The notes beneath the pieces were generated by a model that saw nothing but the letters and a program-made list of their open reading frames with translations, made no database searches and had not been told where the DNA came from. From assembly GCA_002633005.1 (NCBI GenBank), contig NMRA01000162.1, positions 254,255-318,254 on the forward strand: DNA of 64,000 bases. Direction: 5' to 3'. Source of the DNA: Phoronis australis. Lineage: Eukaryota > Animalia > Phoronida. Below, in pieces: positions 15,001 through 24,900 of this stretch. How positions within the stretch are numbered: the stretch's first letter is position 1; the number at the start of each line of letters is the position of its first letter. Position numbers and translations under genes: made by a program.

Positions 15001-16659
15001 CCCCTCGGAAGTTGTAGCGACTAGAGAGGCAGTTTGAAAATTTTGACGAAGGGGGATAATTGTAATGATGAGGACCCCTGACATTTTATAGCTTGGTTGT
15101 CCTGGGAAACCAAACTCTGGCACAGGATATAACTCCGCAACCTTTCGTGTAGTTATAGAAACTTATGCCTTGCTTCAAGTAACATGGGCCATTGAAAAAA
15201 CGCAGATGTGAATATCTACTAACCAGTTGTGTACTTCATATTGGTGGATTGTTGGTAGAGCATGGAAGTTCTCAAAATAAGGTGCAGGAATTAGTCTATT
15301 GTTGACCATAGCACCGTTTTGTATGAGTGTTGAAAAATTGAAATGATGAAATGTGTAGAATTTTTAAAGGTTTTAACTATGCTGATATATCACTTAAAGA
15401 TGTGTTCATTTTAAATACATTTATTTGCTACTTAACAACTAGTATTTAACTATAGTACGTAATTTCCTCTTTCTCCTGCAAACAGACCAGCATGGAGACT
15501 TACCAGAGAGTCGGTCACTTAGGGCAGAGAATAAAATGTTCTACTTTGACGTGGGGTCGAATCAGCGTGGTGTGTTCATGAGGATATCTGAGGTGAGACA
15601 TACAAATATGGACCGATCCTGAGGTCATCGGTATATGGACCTAGGGTCACCTGTTAGATTGGCCGTATGTCATGCTTTGATGTACTTGCACTGTTTGGTC
15701 GCAAACTTGGTGTTAACATGGACATGGGTTTATGGTTTTTGGAGTGTATAATTGTCCGGGTCATGACTAGCGACATCTATTGTTTGCTAATAGCACCATG
15801 TATCGGAAGTGATTGTACTGTGTTGTAGGCACGTTGTCGGGTGACTTTTCACAAGGGGGCAGAGCTTGCAATACTTCAATTGCAGGTTGCCATGTGACCA
15901 TTTCTACAGAGATCAAAATTAGTGTATTTGGGCAAATCCTGGAGTGTGAAACTTAACCAAGTAATATTTTTGATGATTTTGCTGTTTCTGTAAAACTGGT
16001 ACAAAGATCAGGATTGCTGGAGAACCCTTTTGCAATTTTTTGAACAAGTGATGGCTGGTAAATTCAGAAACACTGACACCGGCATGATCTCATTTTGTTG
16101 CTTGTTGTCAACTTATGCGCAAATCAGTCTTTTTAAGGACCGCAAAATGAAAAAAAGTAATGATCAACATGTTTGGAGTGTTCTAAACATCACCAGTCGG
16201 TTTTAGTTTCTGGGGATGACTGCTTTATCGGAAATACATTGCAATAGCTTATAAACCAGGGTTCATTTGACTTTTAAATTGTCTCCTCTTTCATTACTTG
16301 TGCAAATGCCATTTTTATGCAAGCACGTACTTCCAGACCCATGTGGGAACCAGTCTAATTATGTTGTGTTATCCACAAAACTCAGAATGCAAGGTGGAAT
16401 GAAACCAGACAAATTTTCTTGGTTTAATTGTTAAGTGACTCTTCCTAAGTCATCTCGTTGAGCCCGCAACAAACTTGTTGATTATCAGTGGATATAAATT
16501 TCCCTTTTTACACTGTTGCAGGTCCGTAGTAACTTGCGTACAGCCATCACCATTCCAGAGAGAGCTTGGTCGAGGTTTCGTGATGTCATGAACGAGTTTG
16601 TGGAGAAGGCACCGGCCCCATCTTTTGAGGGTGATGCAGAGGGCGGCGTAGGAAATTAG
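3031..16659 (+). CDS. PURA: Pur-alpha (purine-rich element binding protein), 7 coding exons: 3031-3079, 10870-10979, 12161-12263, 14213-14331, 14742-14862, 15486-15592, 16522-16659; 248 aa
   Basis: Exons join in frame (747 nt). N-terminus [10 protein letters not shown] and three PUR repeats: [61 protein letters not shown]. All introns GT-AG except intron 5 (GC-AG). Confidence 0.93.
3810..4435. mobile_element. Foldback/MITE with about 200-bp imperfect inverted arms (family A)
   Basis: Arm about 3810-4035 (TAGACAGCGAGTGACCAC...GCGCATAGAGGAACAC...AATTCCTTCCAACTC) is inverted at about 4246-4435; second copy at about 33747-34285. Confidence 0.75.
5990..6830. mobile_element. Foldback element with long inverted arms (family B)
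   Basis: About 6010-6168 (GACCAATCAGAA...TTTTACCCGACAAA...GGGGCGGAACTTGCAGTAGGTCAATT) is inverted at about 6652-6815; related fragments near 15845 and 63140-63290. Confidence 0.7.
7681..8424. mobile_element. Probable MITE with GGG..GGGTACT termini
   Basis: TGGGGTGGTGGGTACT at the left end and AGTACCCCCACCCA at the right end; no coding capacity. Confidence 0.4.
10870..10979 (+). CDS. PURA: Pur-alpha exon 2 (PUR repeat I)
   Basis: [36 protein letters not shown]; flanked by AG and GTATGG. Confidence 0.95.
12161..12263 (+). CDS. PURA: Pur-alpha exon 3
   Basis: [34 protein letters not shown]; TTTTCAG acceptor, GTATGT donor. Confidence 0.95.
12299..12608. repeat. Minisatellite, 41-bp unit, about 7.5 copies
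   Basis: Unit ACAATATGACCAATCACATGTAACCAGCAAGACTTATTGCC repeated head to tail with few substitutions. Confidence 0.95.
14213..14331 (+). CDS. PURA: Pur-alpha exon 4 (PUR repeat II)
   Basis: [39 protein letters not shown]. Confidence 0.95.
14742..14862 (+). CDS. PURA: Pur-alpha exon 5 (ends at a GC donor)
   Basis: [40 protein letters not shown]; donor G|GCAAGT. Confidence 0.9.
15486..15592 (+). CDS. PURA: Pur-alpha exon 6 (PUR repeat III)
   Basis: [35 protein letters not shown]; GTGAGA donor. Confidence 0.95.
16522..16659 (+). CDS. PURA: Pur-alpha last coding exon
   Basis: [45 protein letters not shown]; TAG at 16657-16659. Confidence 0.93.
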   Translation, partial: VRSNLRTAITIPERAWSRFRDVMNEFVEKAPAPSFEGDAEGGVGN

Positions 16660-18714
16660 AATCGCAGGAATGGCTAGTGGCAGAGGGAATGTGCTTTTGT
16701 TTGTTAGTCCGGTGAATGATCTGCTCAGTCCCAGCTAAGTGAGAACTCGGCAAAAAATAACATAACAAGTTTTGGACTAGATGGCTTGATTAAGCATGAA
16801 CGTTTAAAAAGACTGGAATTTACTGCAAATCACAGCAGTTTTTTTACTCACACGTGAAGGAAATTGACAGTTGTTGAGTTTGTACAGTGGGACTGTGGCA
16901 GATCGAATGATAGAATCTTAACCTGTTTAGTTGTTGTGAGGAGACTTCATTAGCTAGGGAAATGGAAAATACTTGGGCAACTCGTGCACACATAAGTCCA
17001 CTGCTCATTGTTGATCCAAGTTTCGATAGATGTTAAAGAGTTGCTAAAGTTTGTGTGGGTGTGTACCGTAGGGAGATGCCTGATGGGATTTGACTAACTA
17101 CTTTGGTGGAAAAATCTTATGAACATGTGTTGGGAAGCCAAGTTTTCCATGAAGGATTGGCGCACTGCCATTTGCCCTTAAAACGGCCGTTAGAAAACAC
17201 ACCAAAAGTCTTTCCTTTACTTACCTTATCTAGTGATTTATGCTATGACAGGTTTGTATCATTATGTGTATGTTTTTTGTAAAAAGGGCTGGCACCTGTA
17301 TATCCCCGCTTAAGTACTCTTAATTTGAGGTGCAGATTTCAATTTTTTTTTTCGGTCCACGTAGACTTGCCTTGGCACATATCCTTTGCCGTTGATTAGC
17401 TGTTGGAGTTCTGACGTTTCCTGCTGGAGAGTTTATGGTCATTTTGTGCATTTGTTAGACATGGGTTAGGAGTGGTACAGAGAGAGAGAGAGGAGGAAGA
17501 CAGATAGATGTAACTCAACTATGTATTTGCTTTGGGAGACCGTGTTGGAAAGTACCTGGGTCAATGAAAGGTTTTATCCACTCATCAAGTTAGCCAAGCA
17601 AGGCTTAGATTGGTGCAGTTGGTAAATGAATGTCTAAAGTAAGACAGGGACCAGTTGGCCCTTATAGTTAAGGACGTATTAGCAGTGTGCAGTTCAATGT
17701 TTAAGGTTTAACAGGAGACAAGTATTGGCTATTAGTTAAGAGGTGCAGACTCTTGGTTTGTTTATATGTATACAGCACGTGGTTTCTGGATTGCCATTTA
17801 AAAGAACTAGTTTTGATTGGACATGAAACCTTGAAGGGGCAATGTGGGATTGTGGTAAGATACGTCATGTAAAATTGATTGAAGTTCTGCTTTTGAATGA
17901 CATTGCTTAACTGAAGTGTTTTTCCTGGCATGGACAAACGCAAATGTCCGACAGACTGTAATTAATTTAAGAGCCATAGTGTTTATTACATCGTCATTAC
18001 TTGCTTGTACTTTCAGTCTTTAGTTCTACGATTGTACGGGCATAGATGCATTCTGTTAGACACTGCCAGTGCTTGCGACTGCAAGTAACTTGTGGCTGGT
18101 ACAACCTTGCCAGCTGCATTCATTTCCTCCAGTCACAACAAGTCATTTATTTACAAATCTTCTCTTTTTCATTGCTGCTAGCATGACTATATAGGTCAAG
18201 ATGTTCCTTTGTTGTTCTGTCCTGATAGGGAAAAGAGCTTGGTTAGCCGTAGTCCCTCCTCGACAGTATTTTTGTATCATAGTGTTTAGGATTTCAAGCA
18301 GAGTGAATACCCTTGTTCAATTTAATGGAAAATTGTTCAGAAACTGTTGTGCAAATTATTAAAATATATTATAAAGTTTTTTAATTTGTTTTGATTTGGA
18401 TGCATTCCAGTTTGGATTACTTTAAACCATAATAGTGGGCAAACTTGTTCCTTTACAAGGCTTCTATGCCTGATGCAGGAATCAGTCTCAAGTAGGGACA
18501 AGACTAAGTACCCTAAATCTACTGATATCTTTCAACTTGTGAAAATGTCGATTTTCCTTACTTATGCTGTTTTAGTTTCTTCTAAGTCAATGTTTGGCTT
18601 CGAGTGAACTCTTATGTTGAATTCGCAATATTGTTGAAAATAGTAAGGATCTTTTCATGCAATGCTTCTAATTTAAGGACTAAACCCTATTTATTTTCAT
18701 TGAAGTAAGTGCTG

Positions 18715-19600
18715 TTTTTATACACCCACATATTTATATGTGGATGCATTTTGCCGTCATCCCCGTCCGTCCGGCATCCGCTACTCTATCTCCAAAAGCC
18801 TTTGACATACGTTCATGAAATTTTGCACGTGTTCGTTTTCTGGATGGGACAGCATGAGCGAACTTTTGAACAGGTCTGACTACAGGTGTGCCCCTAGTGG
18901 CAATTTTAGTTTTTTATGTTTTCCTCTGTCCATTGAAATGTCCTCATGGATTTTGCATATAGGCATCTATTTGCGAGACGAAGCTATCATCTGGTTTTCG
19001 AATGGATTAGAGGTATTTTGCACGACCTAGTGGCCATTTTTACTGTTTTATAGTCTTTCTTGGCTTCCACCCCTCTATTAACCAAACCGCTCTAAGGATG
19101 ATTGTGAAAATTGTCATGTACTTATGAATAGGACGGCCGATTTTCCGACTTCAACTACTGTGGCAACTACTATAGTGGCACTTTTGTTTTCTTTGTGCCC
19201 ATGGCTTTATCTCCAAAATGCTCTGCAGGATCTTTATTAAATTTAGGAATAGATTCGAGGCAAGTTGCTCCACCTAGTGGCTATTTTTACTGTTTTCGGC
19301 GTCTGCCCTTCTATCAACCAAACTGCTTTGTGGACGATTGTGAAAATTGGCAGGTACGTTCCAACGATGAAGAGGATGGCAATTTTCAGACTTAAACTAC
19401 TGTGGCGCCTCCTAGTGGCAGGTTTGTTTTTGCGCACCCATGGCTGTATTTCCTGAACACTGCAGGATCTTTACTAAATTTAGGAAGTGTATTTATGTGA
19501 TGTTGAAAATGGACAATGAAGACTTGCACGGACTACCAGTGTACCCCCTACTGGCAATTTTAGTTTTACGACTTAAAAGTGACATCATGTACTAGCAAAG
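18715..19600 (+). mobile_element. Helentron-associated (HINE/DINE-1-like) element with degenerate internal tandem array
   Basis: Left end TTTTTATACACCCACATATTTATATGTGGATGCAT...(CCGT)n is nearly identical to the element at 35953; internal degenerate repeats contain CTAGTGGC; related sequence at about 45100-45480. Right boundary approximate. Confidence 0.55.
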
Positions 19601-19847
19601 TGATGATGACCAGTTATATCAATTTCCACACCATCGATTTCAGGGGATTAGAATGTATGGTTTCATACATTCAAATAAAGGATGATTTTGTCACGAATTT
19701 CAAATCTAATTTTATTGTGAAGGTTTTTGTCCCAACAGTAAAGTATGAGCAACATCTCTGGACACGAGTGCTACTTTGCTTCAGTTCAAGCAGTCGAGAT
19801 CATATTGGTTTCAAATACACTTGTCAGCACAAGTCTATTGATGACTA

Positions 19848-21029
19848 CCGTATTCGCCGTAATAACCACCCAGGGCGCTTAGAAGAAAAGTTCGTTTCGG
19901 GGGGAGGGGGCGCTTATTATAACCCAAGGCCGTTGAAACCCGGTCTCCGAAACGGGTGAAATCGGAAGCTAAGATCACGGCAGGTTTAAGTACAAATCTG
20001 TGCCGATATCGTGCCACCTACATGTATGATTGGCAACAGGAGAAAAATGTCCGGTCGAACACACCTTTTTGTCACGTGACATTTCTTTTGAAGTTGTCTG
20101 CGTTTGTAAGCGAGTGCGTGCGTGTCACCAGAGTTCATTTGCCAGAACAGAGACTGTCTTTTGGCCAGAGCCACACAATCTAACAAACTAGATGTGCATT
20201 GTATCTAAAGAAATTTGCACAAGCATTAGGCTTAAACCAGAGTGTGTTTCATTCAGCACTTGCCGGTCTCGTGCTAAAAACGTTCGACATTTGTCGTGTG
20301 GCGGACAGTTATTTTTCGGTGTAAGGGTGTGTAAACGTTCACTATCAGTGGTTATTTTATCGGATATTTGGCTTAAAAACACCAATTAAGGTTAATCAAA
20401 CCATTCATTTTAAAAATAACGCAAACATTTTTATAGTATGAGAAACTGTCGGACATTAGTGCCAATATTCATTTCTTGCCGATGCTATGCTACCCGTTCC
20501 ACGAATGGATAGTTCCCGACTAATGTCTTTGATGACGAGTTCATGTATGCAGTGCGCGCTTCCTGGACACGTGCTTTTAACACTGGCCAAGCTGTTTATT
20601 AGTCTTCTTTTCGCGGTTTTTACGTGTAGGCCTACAAAGAAATTTGGATTCCTGTTGAAAGCGGGAAATATCTACAAAGCAATCCCGTAGACAAGTACAC
20701 TACTTCTGTTCTGAAAGGCCACACCATTGGTCCTCGCAATATCAGCAGAATTTCTGTGTTCGTTTTGAGGCATGGCGGAAGTTTGAAGTGTATAGTCATG
20801 GCTAAATACCGACATAACGGTGAGACTCGTGGTCTACAAATTCTGCGCACGATTTTTTCAGGACTGTCGGATATCATTGATAAATTGAAGAGGTTAATGT
20901 AGAATTTTAGGACTGTAGGTAAGGCATTTTTCGCACGTACACATTCATGGACTGGGCACTTATTCTAGCAAAGTCTGAAAACGTGGGGGGGGGGGGGGGC
21001 GGGCGGGCGCTTATNTACGGCGTATACGG
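19848..21029. mobile_element. Non-autonomous Tc1/mariner (Tc2/pogo-like) element
   Basis: TA|CCGTATTCGCCGTA at the left end and TACGGCGTATACGG|TA at the right end (TA TSD, CCGTA termini). An internal piece (about 20460-20600) recurs inverted at about 31150-31300. Confidence 0.7.
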
Positions 21030-21298
21030 TACTCGTGCCAAAAATTTTGCATGCAATTTGTCACGACAGATTATGTTTTTGAGTGATGGATCAAGTGGAA
21101 ATGATGACTTAAAAAGTGCCCACTTGAAAGAATGATGTTTAAGCCAAATGCGGTTACAATTACATGAATAGGCATGTAATCGGGACCAAGAAAGAGCGAC
21201 GACTTTCAGACTGCGAGGTAACTTGTACCAAAAAGTACATTCAGTAATGGGGAGACATTAGGAACAATAAAACAGCAAATTTTCTTTATCAAAAATGT

Positions 21299-21304
21299 TT
21301 TATT
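21299..21304 (-). terminator. Candidate polyadenylation signal (AATAAA) of the U1A/SNF gene
   Basis: TTTATT on +; first minus-strand AATAAA I found after the stop (about 515 nt downstream), about 75 nt after the last AUUGCAC hairpin. Confidence 0.6.
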
Positions 21305-21377
21305 TAGATAAAAAAGTACAATTATTGCAATACTTACAAGACACTGCTTTTGAGAAGGCCACCACGCCTGAAATGTA

Positions 21378-21737
21378 TTGGCTTAGTGCAATGCCAAAAA
21401 TTAAGAAAAAAGATAATTAAACCAACATGGACTGAAAACGAAAAGAAATCCTGCTTGATGTGGAACAGAGGCTGACCCTGAAAAGTTCACAGCTAAAGCA
21501 CTCGACAGGTTACAAATACCAACAACAACCAACCGAGTGCAATGTTGGTCCATTCAACAATGAAATCAAAGTGGATCTGAAACACGATCTCCATCTTTAT
21601 GCAAGACCATTTTAAATTGCTTTCACCTTGCTGATGGTTAAAAAAACCAACCATGTGCAATGTTGGTTCACAGCGTTACAACTTGCAAACAAGATTATCT
21701 TGTGAAGCTCAACTTTGTGCAATGTTGGCTGTTCACA
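21378..21737 (-). promoter_or_regulatory. Array of four U1 stem-loop II-mimic hairpins (U1A/SNF binding sites) in the 3' UTR
   Basis: Minus-strand hairpins at 21701-21737, 21645-21668, 21527-21550 and 21378-21397. Each has a 10-nt loop AUUGCACNNN closed by C-G on a stem of at least 5 bp. Confidence 0.85.
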
Positions 21738-21819
21738 ACGTTTACCATACATGTCCGTCTTGTCCAAAAAGTGGCACAGCGCAAATCCAGACGACGAATG
21801 AGTTTTAAAACAAGCCCGG

Positions 21820-21979
21820 CTATTTCTTTGCATAGGATATCTTCATTGCATTTGACGGCGTAATCTTGAATCCTTGCAATGTTTCTATGGCTTTTCCAGA
21901 CTGCTCCTCTTTTTCAAACTCCACAAAGGCGATGTCGTGACGCCCAGGAACCAACCGAACTTCTTTGAAGCCAGGAAAT
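21820..21979 (-). CDS. snf: U1A/SNF last coding exon (RRM2 C-half)
   Basis: [52 protein letters not shown]. Confidence 0.95.
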
Positions 21980-24900
21980 CTGAAAGTTGAGATTTTCAGT
22001 GAAAGCTAACATTCTTGCGAAAAAGGATGCAAATTCAATCAAGTCAACAGTGTCAAAACGGGAAAGTTCTTGTGGGAGGAACGCATCCTCATAGATAAGC
22101 TGCAACAAAATTACAGATATTATTTATACAACAGACTAAGTGAACGTTTCTGTCAAACTAGAAGCAAGCAATATAACGCGTAGTTTGTACACACTAGTGA
22201 CTGTATGTGAACTGCCCCATAAAATGATCCGAACTTTTGAGGACCAGAAAAATGGTATCAGTCATTAGCACTTTGAACTAAGCCCAACTACACATTAGGT
22301 AAAGTATCATGATAAGTGCTGTGTGGCTCTAATTACTGAGGCAGAGTGACCTCTTAAAACCAGACACATAGACTGTACTGCACTGTGAGACCTCCAGTGC
22401 ACGGTGAACCTCCAGCCATAATATCCACACTCCGGATTCAACTCTTCCTTTTGCAGAGGTAGAAAAACGCATCACTTCACTCGTGCAGTTTAGGCAGGGC
22501 AAACTAAAACACTTCGAAGACGAGTCGGACGTCTGAACGGCAATTTATGGTGGCTCACTCCAGCTTTTCAAAATGTCCGCTTTGCGACCCACTATGCAAC
22601 AGTAATAGTTTATTGGCATCAGAACGATGAATGGCAAACTGCTACTAATCAGGGCTTGGAATGACCAATGACAAAAAACGCGGAAACTTTGAAACTTTTA
22701 CGGCCCAAATCATCGCCCGATAACCAGCCTAGGACTGGACAATGTGAACCTTTCCCCGACAAAAATCGGGACTAAAAAAAAAAAAAAAAAAAAACGTTAC
22801 CACCATCAGTAGCATGCGTCTGCGTCCTTTTAGCTCGCCCGTCTACTCCCAACCCACACATTTTTGGCTGCAGAGCCGTAGTATTTGTCGCCGCGCTTAA
22901 CAACAACACGAGACGCCATTGAAAATCACACCACGCTATCCCAGATGCCTCGGCAATGTTGACAATTTACGTTCCTCCGAACATAAAGAGCAACTTCCGC
23001 TTTTCGAGGTGAACGTCGTCTGCAACGCCGCGGTAAGAAAGGAATTTGCCGCGGATATTTCATATCAAATCCGATTTTTTTACGCGGAAATATTATAAAA
23101 AAAGCGGAAAGCACATTTGAAAAAAGCGGAAATCCGCGTTTCCGCGGAAAATTCCAAGCCCTGACTAATGTGCAGTAGAACAGCAGCTGAGTAGAAATGT
23201 AGGTAAATACCACACAACCAGAGAGAGGGCGCTGCGCTATTCTAGGAAGTAGCCAATTGTGAAAAAAAAAACACTTACTGGTTGAACAACATGGACAACA
23301 TCATTTCGTTGGTTTCTTTTGGCAGGTTGGTTAAGAACAAGATCTGGTTAGGTTCTTGCACGGCTGGAATGACAACAGGCTGAGGGGCCACAGGAACACC
23401 TGGAACAACAGCAGAGAAGTGTTTCATTGTAGACACATCGAGATATTGTCAACAAGACTAACCACAAGACTCCTGAGATTATTCTGACCTAAATCAAGAA
23501 CAGTTTCACGTTACTAAGTTGACTTCACGTGCGAAATTCCTTCGATTCCTCTGCTACTTTGTCCTGTTGACTAAAATTTTAGCACCCACACTCTTAGCAG
23601 AGACTTCCTGCTTTCTAGCCCTAAGATGGCAAATGCCAATTATTGTTTTGATTTAATTTTGAAGCATTGCAAAAATTGAGACATAAAAAAAGGAAATTGA
23701 TATTTCTTAGTTTCAATGGTTACAGTGTCAGTGACGGAAGTACAGCTCACCCATGTGATTTGCAGCCTAATAAACTGTTTTATTTTCATTCATCTCACTA
23801 TGAAGTTGTCCGTTTTTGACTCATTGATGGAGCACTCAATATCAATATCACATGGGACACAAGTAAGTCCTTACCATTTCCTAAGCCCACGTCGTCATGT
23901 TGACTCGTCTCTGTATCATCAGACAATTACAACTAAGTCACCAACCAGCACAAGGACTACTTATTATCTAGCGTGTTGCAAACGCACTGTATTTATCGTA
24001 TGTACTGTTTACATATCAACTGTTTTCCTGATGCTGAATGTTTATCATGTAAAGCTAGCGAATATTTAATAGTCAAAGCTACAAAAGACATTCATGGCAA
24101 AATCTGCATACGAACACAATTAGAAGGCCCCCAAGTTTTATTTACCTTGATCTGGTACAACCTGCTGAACAGCAGGTGGGGCTCCTCCAGCCAGGGCAGC
24201 GGCCTGAAGTCTGTGAAGACACAAGAAACACGATCAGCGGACCGCAGAATAAAGACCGTGACGAGAATGACTTGTAACTTAAAATCTATTCACAAAATAC
24301 ACCTTACAAAACAATCATTACTATTTAAAACTCTATCGAATCATTAACTTGTCGCGGGGCTTTCTAATGCTTAAAGATCCATGCCCACCAAATGATATAA
24401 TGTCGAGACCCAGCTGCCAAACGATTCCCAGCATGAATAACAACATTATGCAAGACAACAACCAAAGTGTTCAATAGCCATACTCTCAATTATTGACATA
24501 TGACAGCGGTGAAAAGAAAACTATTGTAAGTTACAAAAAACACATTAGCTTAGAATACTTTTTCTGTTTCTTCGACTTCTTGGTTGGAACCTCCTCTTCC
24601 TCTTTCTTTTTCTTTGGCCTCTCTACAAACGTTCCCTTCTGTTTGGCTACCACATCAGAGTCCTTCTTGCAGTATGCTATCCTCTGCAAGTAAACATTGC
24701 TGACAGCACTGAGTCGCATATTACACAACAGGGACATGCATAAAGAAGCACCGCGAATGTGATGTGTACTATTGACACCACACTATGCTAATTGGAAATA
24801 AATGAATTTGCGATTTCAGATTATCAAACTTACACGCACTACCCTTACACCAGTGACCAAGAAAACTGACTCAGCCAGACAAAACTTTTTAAATCAATTT

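Noticed and set aside
17477-17510. GA-rich tract in the Pur-alpha 3' region as a Pur autoregulatory site
   Set aside because: A short (GA)n microsatellite is common by chance, and there is no further support.
21378-21737. U1 or U2 snRNA gene or pseudogene
   Set aside because: Only the loop motif matches. There is no AUACUUACCUG 5' end or other snRNA stems, and the stems differ from U1.
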